Part shown: positions 25,601 to 37,600 of the stretch, in pieces | How positions within the stretch are numbered: the first letter of the stretch is position 1 | How the letters are laid out: each line of letters starts with the position of its first letter | Origin: Antedon mediterranea | Lineage: Eukaryota > Animalia > Echinodermata | Length of the DNA: 64,000 nucleotides | Assembly (NCBI RefSeq): GCF_964355755.1 | Contig: NC_092677.1 | Location: 6,718,101 to 6,782,100 of the forward strand | Direction of reading: 5' to 3' | The notes under the pieces: generated by a model | The model's input: only the letters and a program-made list of their open reading frames with translations | The model's database searches: none | What the model was told of the DNA's origin: nothing | Program-made: the position numbers and the translations under genes

Positions 25601-28600
25601 TGCATAATATTAGCATGTTAGAATATGATTGGCATAATTATCTGGGAAATACATAAACTATGTCAAATAAGTGTGTAAATATCAATTTAATATCAACCTT
25701 ATAAACAAAATCTATAGATTAATATCAAAGCACATCAGCAAATTTACACTGATTATTTTATTATCTTCTAAAAAGTCTTCAAATTATTAACCTATTGAGG
25801 AAAAAAATTTGATATCCTATCTTGACAAATTAAGCTTGGTTCGCACTAAGATGCAACGCAAAGACATAAGTGCAACACAAGGAGTTGACCAATGACAAGC
25901 GACGGTTCAAGTAAATGCTTGTGATTGGTCCTTTGCGTTGCGCTTACATCCCTGCATTGCATCCTAGTGGAAACTAAGCTTTAAATTATGTAATTTGCCA
26001 GATAATGTTTTGTAATAGCTAGATTTGTTTCGGGATTGTATATGAAAGAGAAATAATTTTATCTGGCAGTGATATCTGGTGATGATCCAATTGGCTATTA
26101 ACTTAGTGTCTCCCTCATCTACCTTCCCGAAACAAAGCTTGCTATACTGTATTGTCTTTCTCTTTTGCTAAAGCTTCTTTCCCATCATGCCCGAACTCGC
26201 TATGTCACCCTGAGAAAAATATCATAGAAAATGGGTTCATTGGTAAAGCATTGGGTCATTCACAGCATAATTGTACGATTTGGATTCGAATTCGGAAGCC
26301 ATTTTTACCTGATTTTTTCAATTGACCAATCAAAAGTGTAACACACAGGATAACCAAATTCGTACTCGATGTGAAAACATGCTTAACACTATTATTTTCT
26401 CAGGGTGCTGGACTGAATCTGGACACAATGTGAAAGAAGCTTAAAACATCATTATGGTGTTTGGCCATTTAACTACTGAATATTTATACCACAGCACCTA
26501 ATCTTATTACAGCTATGCACTATTACCACAACTAACCTAGATATGATTTAACATGTTTGCTGCCAGTTACATGATATTATTGAAGCAAAATTCCCCAAAG
26601 CCCTATTAAGCTGGTTCCCACTTGGACATGTAAGTAAGTAATTTGACCAATCATGACACGATGGATCATCCAAGCTGTTGCATGTGATTGGGCAACTCAC
26701 TTGCATTGCACTTATGTCAAGAGGAACCAAGCTTTATGCTGTTGCTGTATCTTCATGACAAGTGAAAAGGAAGAATTCTTTCGAACCTTATCAAAAAACA
26801 AATTCTAATGGCATGTCTGCAACCAAGGTTACAGACATGCCATTGGCTACCTAGGCTACAAACATGCCATTACAACAAGCAAATGTCAACCTTCAATTTG
26901 GTGTTAATAATTATTATAATGTGAATGTCTCTGAGCCAAATTTAACCTTGATGCAATTTGTTTTGTACCCTTGGAAGGCCTGGTCACGCCTGATATCACA
27001 CACTATTCAGCAAACAGGTTTTACAAAGCTTAAACTTCGCAGAATCTCAACACTGGAAAATTATCTTTTAATTCAATTTTCTTTACCTTTATTTGTTGCA
27101 ATTTGCTTTTGTTCTTTTTGTTTTGTTTTGTGTTTTTTTTTTCTGTATAACATTTCTTTATGTCATTTGTTTTTGACACTACTTTACAGACCTTAGTATT
27201 TCAATACATGTTTTACATCACCATTGCTATGATGTTTGTGACGGGCACATCTCGTATCAGCTTATTTGGTATGTTCTATGTCCTTTTCGCGATGTTCTAC
27301 TTTTTATACGGTCCTGATTACCTGATACGATCTAGACGATTCCTCCTAAGAGCGTAAGTCCAGTAATCACCATCTAAAACCATTTCAAATTTCACAAAAT
27401 TCATTTAATAGAAGTTTGAGATTTTATCATTTTACTCAAATCATAAAACACGCAAATCATTTTGGATCTTAACTGTTTATGGTTTTGTCAAGGACTTAAC
27501 AACTTAACATTACTTAACATTGAATATTATCAGTTTGTTCTTTTGAGATTGCTGGATATATCTAAAATTATGAAATACTAATTATATTCAGAAATGTAAA
27601 ACATTATTGTTTAAAAATGTGTCTGTTGCACTTTTCTTTTCAAACTTTTTAGAATTGTTTTGCAATACTAACATCACAATCATTTCAGCTTGTGTTTTTA
27701 TCTAAATAAACAGTAAAGTAGTGTATTATTTATAATTATGTAATAAGTATGGTTGAGAATTTTATTTCCTTTTGGAAACACAAGTCACAAGGTTATCACA
27801 AAACTATATTTACTAGCAATAACACTACCTAAATCTAACATAAGTTTTGTAGACTGGCAATTAACTAATCCGAAAAATAGATTCACATTAATATTAACAG
27901 ACTGCAGTAACTTTAAGGGAGTTACTGCAGCAATCATATTACGGTAATATATACATTCACTTTTTGCATGGCATGCTTTTGTGTGTAATAGTGTATTACA
28001 TGGAATGATGACCATTGATAGTACTGTTTAATAATATTTTAATTATGTTCAGCAAAAAAATTAATTAATGCTTCATATTAAACCTGATGAATGAATTTTG
28101 CATTTTAAAATTTGTAACTTTTATTCCTTGCATGTATCATCTCATATTTTCTCTATTGTATAATCAAAGTTTACCACATGCTTAGCATCTAATTTGTTTT
28201 TAATGCAAAGCATTCCATGTCAATTTTATTTATTTTCTTTTGTACAAATCATGAATACAAATTGATTTGGAGATTATGTCATATATCTGTCATTTCGCTA
28301 TTTGTAAGCTATTTTTTTATAGAAAATATGAGCATCAAATCGTTCGAATAAAATTTACAGATTATTTGTCTCAATAAATTATACGCTTATATAGACCAAG
28401 CTTTTGGAAACTTCTATATTTTTAGTCTATCCAAGAGTGTTGGCGTAAGTTAAAAAGAGACTCAACTATTACTAATAACTTGTTAACTCCTATTTTAAAG
28501 ATGGAATCTAGTTATATTATACAACCTGTGCGTAGTGATTATGAAAGTAGGCCTGCAGATTCTAACATGCGCCTACATAAATGATGTCCTGGTTGAGGGT

Positions 28601-31600
28601 AACTGTCTGTGTGCTCTCATTCAACTCCTTGGAGTTGTATGTTTACAGGAGGGTTACACACCTGAGCCTGATATTCATAGTGAGTAAAATGCTAATCAAT
28701 CAATCAATAATAATTTATTTCTCAAATAAAAACAAAATACAGTTAACATTTTCTAAAATAATATATAAAAAATTAGAAAATGGGTACCCCACTATAGAAG
28801 CCAAGCTTTAAAATGTGGAGTCCGGGCAACATATTTAAGTAAGGTAAGGTAAAAAACATGATAATGAACAAAAAAGGCATTTAACTTAAACTAATGCAGT
28901 TATAATTTAACTTAAGACCGATATATTATTAACCTAAACAATAATAGTAGAAACAAGGTATTCATGTAATTTGGACTTAAAACAAGGTATAAAATTGATA
29001 ATTTTTAGTTCTTCTGGTAAAGTATTCCATATTTTGGGTCCTTGAAAAGTAATATCATGCTTGCTTGCTAATAATTTAAAGTCAAAAGCCTCAAAATGGA
29101 GTTCCAGAAAAGATGATGGTCTTCTGATTTATCATTTGAATCTTTATCCAGTTGGTGGATCATTGTTGTTCAGATTTTTTTTAATGAATGATCTGATTAA
29201 AATATGGGGAAGGGAGAAATTTATGCTTCAACCAAACACCCTTTTCAGCAAACACCCCTCCCCCCCACCACCCCATCAAAAATAAATCCACATAGTTTTG
29301 AATAATTAAATTTAGTAATGTTTTATAATGCCAATTGGTTGACAGAGTGCCTGTTAGCATTACATTTTCCTTTCTAACACCGGACGAAGGGCACCGACTT
29401 CTCGCCAACTTCGGAACTTCGTCCTGGACCTGACCTGTTATTTTATAACCACAATTTCTTTTGTGTTTTTAAAGGTTGTGAATGCGTGCTGCCCGAGGAT
29501 GAGAGCGGTCTCAGTTGGGATATTGTCTGTTTCTGTTTTCTGATCATCCAAAAGAGAATATTTACAAGTTACTATTTCCAGTACATTGTTATTGATCTTC
29601 AAGAAGAGAAGAAGCTAGCATCAAAGTAAGATATTAGGAAGTGACCTATGACCTAGAACATATGGTGGTACTATTCGCATATTCCTAGGTCCTACATCAA
29701 CCCAAATCGTAATGTCCCTATTGTGTGGTTTTAGTAGGCAATGACATAATCTAATTAATGGGTTTGTGACTTCTTTCCCCCAGCTTTAGTGGTGAATTCC
29801 TCTCTTAGAGTTAGTCTTCTAAGATAGGACTTTAAATAGTAGGTCTGGTGTTTATCATCTACTTAAATAAAGCCTACCTAGTAATCTTTTTTGAGGTGAG
29901 TAGCGATTACCACCTGACATACTATCACTGCCTCTGTCTTTGGCATCCATATGTATAAATGTCGAGGTTTACATGACCCTAGAGAAACATGTGTAAAATC
30001 TAGTCCACCTACAGTATTAGCATGTTATGTGAATTAAGAATTGTTATCTTTTGAGAGCAGTGCTTTTCAGCTACTTTCTTATTTGGTCATATTTATACAG
30101 ATGTCTGATGTCACAATGTTCAATTTCAGATCATTGTGGATGTGGTTTGCTTTCTTTGAATTTCATTTATGATTTTTTATTACAGAGGAGCAGAATTGAT
30201 CAATGAAATCTTAGCAACTAAAGTGCTTAACAACAAAAAAGTGGAATCCCTCATTCTGGAAAAAGTTAAGCTAAAGTATGTTTTTAAATTTTGTATTTAT
30301 ATTTATGTGCACTATGTATTATTTAGTATTATGTAGTATTATTGTTTGATTGTTTTTTATGGTGGGTTACTATTAGAAGGGGGGTTACTATTAGAAGGTG
30401 GGTTACTATTAGAAGGGGGGTTACTATTAGAAGGTGGGTTACTATTAGAAGGTGAGTTACTATTAGAAGGGGGGTTACTATTAGAAGGGGGGTTACTATT
30501 AGAAGGTGGGTTACCATTAGAAGGTGGGTTACCATTAGAAGGGGGGTTACTATTAGAAGGTGGGTTACCATTAGAAGGTGGGTTACCATTAGAAGGTGGG
30601 TTACCATTAGAAGGTGGGTTACTATTAGAAGGGGGGTTACTATTAGAGTGTGGGTTACTATTAGAAGATTTACGGTAATTGATTTCCAGAAACAGATTAA
30701 CTGATTTTCACAGAGTTATATTTTCATAGCCATGTTACTGATTTGAATTTATTTTCCTTAACAAAACACAGAACAGAGAAAATTCGAGAAAAACAGATGA
30801 GGGTTAAGAATGAAGATGAGTACAAAGAGCCTTTAGACCACGGAGAAGGTAAACATTCAATTTGTCAAGGCCTTATGGACCTACAGCAGCACCACCATGA
30901 TCACCACATGTATTTCCCATACAATTTTCTTAAAATGGACCTGAAATGGATTTTCGATTTTTTTCATTTTAGAATGATGTTTTGGGGGCTATTAGGTGTT
31001 GCTAGAATGTATATTGTTACAAAATATAAATTGGCCCTTTTGAGGAAAGCCCCATTTGAAAATCAAAAAAATTCGCGGGTGACGTCACTTTGCGAATATA
31101 TTCCTATCCCTCCAATGGACAATTTGCAGTTTTTTGGCTATAACTCTTGAAATCTATGGAGTATTTTCTAAAAAATGCTTGTGCATTTGCAGAAACGTAT
31201 TTAGAATTTTTTTAGATAAAATTATTACCGTATAAACTGTTATTCATCGAGTAAATGACGATTTAAAATCTTAAAATCAACGGTTTTTTTCTGGCAATAC
31301 CAAAGTTGGCCTGGCAACGTTGTCGGGGATACAGCTCCGTGCGCAATGATGCGTATCCATATTTTCCGTTCGTGTATACTGCTAAAATGTGTTAGTTTCT
31401 TTAGTTTTTAGTTTAGCAGAATTAAATTAGTAATATGAGATGATAATTTATTTGTCACGAATCAGGCAGTTCGAAAACGAATTTTATTCATATTTTACTT
31501 TGGCTTGACAATGAGCGCAGCAAGTTGTTGATATTGCTTTGGTCCTTGGATGCACATGAAACGGAGCCTCGCCGCATGATGTAGGTGGTGGATCGACTCC

Positions 31601-34600
31601 GCGCGCTGGATTGGGGGCCTAGGCCTAGTAAAGGTTTGGGAGGTACTAGGCCTTCTAAATTCGGGTTTTAGAACAAACGATAAATTAGTATTAGTGTCAA
31701 CGCTTCGCGTATCTTTCCAGGCCGTCGATCATTCACTGACTATCGGGCGGCATACACGCTCTCGATATCATCGTGTGTATATGTGACGTCGTGAATATAG
31801 AGGGCTTCCGACGGCCGTTGAAATAGAATATTGCAATGGCGTGAGTAATTTTCGCTAATTTACCATGGTATCTTAAAATTTCGTTTTTACTCAAAATACT
31901 ATACATTTTGTTTTTATTTGTATGGGTTTGTGTTAATTTGATACATTTAAATAACATGTGTGAATTTCTTGAAAATCGAAATTCCATTTCAGGTCCATTT
32001 TAACTTAAGTTTCTTAAAATTTCTATAAACTAGAGGGTGAGCTCGCTTCGCTCGCTCCCCCTCTAGGAAGTGTAGACGATGGTTCTCGGAATGATAATGT
32101 TCTCCTTATACATTTTCTGTCGGTTACCATTATTGAAAATGCTTGACATTCGTAAAACTGAACTACTTTGTTTCACAGTGTTTTAGATGATTAATAACAT
32201 TTTAAAGTATAGTTTTTATTGTTTGGTAGGGCCCTTTGGGGAGGCGGAGGTCATTTGAGGGAGGTGCTTATTCGAGGGATATATGTTAAATTTTTTAGTT
32301 CTAATAATATGGTAACATTTATAATCAAATGAAATCCTCTCATAGATATGAAAAGTGGTAAAAAAGAATAACAAATGCTTGGTAAATTGCAGATAACAGT
32401 GCGGTGAATTCTACTACAAATAGTATAATTGTGTTATTATAAATATGTGGATGGACGTTTATTAGATAGTTGGGTTGTGGGGGGGGGGGTTATTATTCAA
32501 AGTGATGTTTTATTGGAGAGGCGTTTATTCAAATGAATACCATCCTAATAATTATTAATACATTATTTAATTTAATCATCTTTTGAAACTAACTGCCGTG
32601 ACAGAGTGGGCCCAAGAAAGAAGACATTACGGCTTGCAACATGGGCAGACATCTCGGTCCTAACGGGACACAGGAAGATAGCCTACAGTTATTCCTGCAA
32701 GCTTACTCAATAAAACTCAGCTATTGGGATTTCACTCAAAAAATGTCTTATCAAATCTCCCTATGTAATTTTATAATACTATTCCCCACAATATATTCTG
32801 ATTCTTTATGGCGTATATTTAATTTGATCTTTATTAATTTGCAGTATAATTCCTATTATTTAACTACTGTACCTTTTAAAATAAACAAAAAACTGAAATG
32901 GCTATGATTAATGGCCAATTTTTTTTTCGTCTTCCAAAGGGACACTGTATTGATTGATGGAAAGTGCCTGTTTCCAGTCACCTTTAGGGTCAAATCTATT
33001 ATTTTAACTGCTCCCTTGTGTATAAAAGAGAGAAAATATTTGAAACTAAGGTGAACTTATCTTAAACCCGGAAATTACTTTGACCGGGAAGAATTGAAAT
33101 TGAGAGGAAAATCCAATGTTGAAATCATAAATGTTGTTAAAAAACTCTTTATAATATCTTCCTAAGATATAAATATGGAACAATAGCGTCGGCGTGCACA
33201 CTAATGTTATCAAATCTACGTTTCGCGGTACATCTCGGATAGATAAAGGTAGGTATCCAAGGCGGAGATTTGTACCGAAGTTTTTGCATTGTGCTCGCCT
33301 ATGTCAGAATTAACCATAATTTATATATAGATGATTATGCTTCGCTAAAAAAGATGAGGGTGCGAAACTAGTCCTTGGCTAACAGATGATCTAGTTTTGT
33401 CAATGCTTGAACGTGATGTACTAAAAAAGAAAGCATCTAAAACTAACACATTTGAACTTTGTAAAACTAGGTAAAAATAAGTTAAATGCTGAAACAATTA
33501 AACAATTGGACACAAAAGATTTTTTTTAATATGGGAAACTTTGAAATATATTGTTCCAGCAAAGAGTATAAGTACAGAAATATCCAACCTATAAACAAGT
33601 GAAAACAAACTAACAGCAGACTAAAATAGAATCTGACCATGCAAAAAATATCTTGCAAGAATTCCCAGATTAGTTATTGAAGATAATACTTATCAAAGCA
33701 GGGACCTACTTCAATTTAGTTTAGAATACATTTATAAACAATTAAACGCACTCTCTGTAAGTAAAGCAACAATCTTGAATGAGCTTCCAGCTAAAATGCT
33801 CAAGTTGGTTATTGATAAAATTTTTGGACCTCTCACTTATTTGGTAAATCTTTCACTTTCAACTAGTACTTTTCCGAGAAAATGCAAATGTGCCAAAATA
33901 TTGCCAGTTTTTAAAGGGGGAGATAGGACAGACTATCTATGAGGAGCCTATTCACCACAAGCTTTGCTTTCTTTTAGGCTCCTCCACTTTATATTTATAT
34001 ATTTGTAAAGTGAAATAAATAAATGAAATGAAATGAAAAATGACTAGCAATTACAGACCCATATCAATTTTACCGATTCTTTCTAAAATTATCAAGAGGG
34101 TTGTATTAACTAAAAAAATTTGGATTTCATCCTAATTTCTTAACTGTATCTTCACTATTAAATATTACAGAAGATTGGATAAATGACATGAAAAGTGGAA
34201 AGTATATTGGTCAGTCATGATTGATCTAAAAAAAAGCATTTCTATACTCTAGACCATAGCATACTTATAGACAAGCTTAAATCATTTAACTTAGATGTCT
34301 AATTGGTTTAAAGACTACCTTTGTAATCGTACGCACTTAAATGGCGACCGATTACACAATATTGCTCTCGCTGTAGCATAAAACAAAATCCATGTCTTTT
34401 TTTTTTATAGCAAAGGCACAGACCCATGCATTTCACTTGCTAAATCCAAAGTCCCTTACAAAATATTGCTCTCGCTAGTAGCATAAAACAAACTTTATAC
34501 AAGTACATTTGAGAATACTTAAGAAAAAATTTGCAAATAATTCTCAGGTGGAACTCGAACCCACTACCTCCAGATCACTAGCCTGGCTTTCATACCTCTA

Positions 34601-37600
34601 GACCACTGAGCTTGCACTGATGGCTAGTGGTTAGATTTAAGCCTAAGTAAGCAGCGGGTATGGCACGAACAGGGTTGTAATTGTATTAAACTATTGTGGT
34701 ATAGCTTTGGGTCCGGGTGTTGAGTAATTGATCATATGTTTTGCCCTACTCTGACGTAATTTGTAATTATCACTAAGTACATTTTAAAATTTTAGTAATT
34801 ACTTGCAAATTTTAAGTATTCTCAAATGTACTTAGTGTAAAGTACAAATTACGTCCGAGTAGGGCAAAGCATATGATCAATTACTCAACTGCCTGACGCA
34901 AAGCTACTCTACAGTAGTTAAATACAATTACAATCCCTTATAATTACACAATATTGCTCTCGCCAGTAGCATAAAACAAAATCCATATATTTTTTCTATC
35001 TAGCAAAGGCACAGACCCATTCCTTTCACTTGCCCCTTACATTTACACCATATCGCATAAGTAGCACAAATGTGCTTTTTTTTTTTGTAGCTATCCGTGG
35101 AACAGCAGGTTACTACATGTTCATGGATGAAAGCGATGATGACTTTAGTGACCTGGAAGATGAATCAATCCATGAATATGGTCAGCCAGAAGAAGCTATT
35201 CCTTCAGGAAAGATGAAGAGAAGACATTCAGTCAGTGAATTGGAGAGGAAGCAATCTCCATGGCAGGTAAAGTCATGGCAGTAGAATTCTAATTTTATAT
35301 AAGGAATAATAATAATAATAATTTGAAGTTCTATTTTACTAGGATTTTGTTTATGTTCTCATTTTTTAGTTGGCTTTCCAAGCTTTTATGACAAGTCCAA
35401 AAACAGCACTTGAAAATGATGAAGCTATGTCGCCAACATCACCGACAGAACCAGGTAAGTAGAGAATTGTATTGTTTGTTTTATGAATCATTATTGGTTA
35501 ATTCTCTTTTATCCCATCGAGACATAAAACCACTATTGTGGCTTCCATAGTTTAAAAACAGGAGCTTAAATTTACCAGTAGGTAACCCACTACTCGTTGG
35601 TGTCTCTAGTGCAAACATGCCATCCAAGCTAGATCTGTACACTAGACCTCCAGTTTATGCAAGAAGATTTGATCAGAACTGCGGTCGAGGAAAGCCATGA
35701 AATGTGCCAATATTATTTCTGTGGTTTGCGATGCCCATGTAATAACCACTTGGCCAGGAATTTCTATAGAATTCAATATTTAAAATTACAGTCATAAGTT
35801 CATTAATAATAATGAATGTAATTTAGTATTTAAGAAGACTAGTCATTAAACTAGCATCATCTTTCTAGGCCTTCCAATTATTGATGAAGAAAAGAAAGAT
35901 GATGTTGATGAATCTCAGCCAAGTACTAGCACAACAGCATTAATAGGTAAGGTTGTGTCTTTCAATAAAGACTGTCACACAAAATGAATATTTATCTGAA
36001 GCCCTGGCATCAGCTGGGAAGTAACAGCAAAACCATGGTCAGTTGATGTCATCTGTCATGGTACAAGTCTCTAATAATCTTCCTCCATAATCTCTTTACC
36101 CATTATCTGCACTTCCACAGTCACAGAGTTGATGGTCTTACAGATACAGGTCCATAACAAACATCTTCATTCATGCCATCTCCCATTATCTGCACTATCA
36201 TAGTCATGGAGTTGATGTCATCTGCCAAGGTGCAAGTATCTAACACCCGTCTTCCTCCATAATGTCTTTACCTATGAGCTGCTCTACAGCAGCCATGTGG
36301 TTGGTGGTTTTCTATGTTGCAGATTAACAATCATCTTCCTCCATAATGCCTTTACCCATTATCTGCACTACCACAGTGATAGAGTTAATGCCATCTACCC
36401 AGGTGCAAGTATCTAACACCCGTCTTCCTCCATAATGTCTTTACCTATAAGCTGCTCTACAGCAGCCATGTGGTTGGTGGTTTTCTATGGTTCAGGTCTC
36501 TAACAATCATCTTCCTCCATAATGCCTTTACCCATTATCTGCACTACCATAGAGTTGATGTCATCTGCCAAGATGTACTACCACAGCCATGGAGTTAAAC
36601 TGACAGTGTGCAGATACTTTTCAATGTTCTTCCTTCATGACATCACCAATTCTCTGCACTACCATAGTCATGCAGTTTATGTCATCTTCCAGGGTTCCAT
36701 AGAGTTGCTGGTCTTATGTCCCATTATCTGCACCACCACATACATAATGTTCTTGTTTTTACATTTAGCAATAATGATCCCCTTGCCATTTTTACCCGAC
36801 ATATTTGTTGTCATCTTTACAAACAGATGGAGAGGGAGATGAAACTGATGTTGACCTTGGTACCAAATCAGTTGATGATGCCTTAGAAGATGCTGTCGGT
36901 GGTATACTGGATACATTTATAGATGATGAGGAGGAAGAAGGTATGTGAATCATTAAATTGGTTGCCAGCCATTTATATATACTGTTCGTGGGAAATGTTG
37001 CTTGATTATAGATACTGTATTACTTTCCTAAGGCTCTGTCTATACTTTCAAACTAGTTTGACAAAAAAACTGTGATATGCTTAAATATGGTAGTGATATG
37101 ATTAAATATGGTAGTGATATGCTTAAATATGTAGTGATATGACATCATCATGTTCATATTATGGGAACATCAAATTTTGTTGTCACATGAAGTTTGATAG
37201 TGCAGACAGAGCTTAAGTAACCATGTCAAAAATATCCTACTGCATTTGCTGCAGTAACTGCATTTTGTTAACTCTTTTACCTTGTTTGGGTATTTATACA
37301 CACTGTTTATTGCAGTGACTGCCTCGTAAACTTCTAAATTGAAACAAACTAGAATCATATTATTACAGTAAAAACATTTAGTTACTGCAGTAGAATAATT
37401 TGTACACGATCCCTAAAACAGAAAAATACAAGTTTTCCTTTTCTATTCAATATTATATAATAATATGATTATGTCTTTTTCAGGCACGGGATGTTGGGAC
37501 AAATTTGTAAACATAATGAAGTTGGCGTGGAGAATATTTTTGCGCCTAATTGATTCAGTGATAGGTTACTTGGACAAAGCCTCTGAAGAGTACAGATATG

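Noticed and set aside
30329-30678. LEGGLL-repeat ORF or interstitial telomere (GGGTTA)
   Set aside because: It is an 18-nt minisatellite; GGGTTA occurs once per unit, not as (TTAGGG)n.
34545-34615. tRNA gene on the minus strand
   Set aside because: Only A/B boxes are recognisable; no convincing cloverleaf; embedded in a repeat element.
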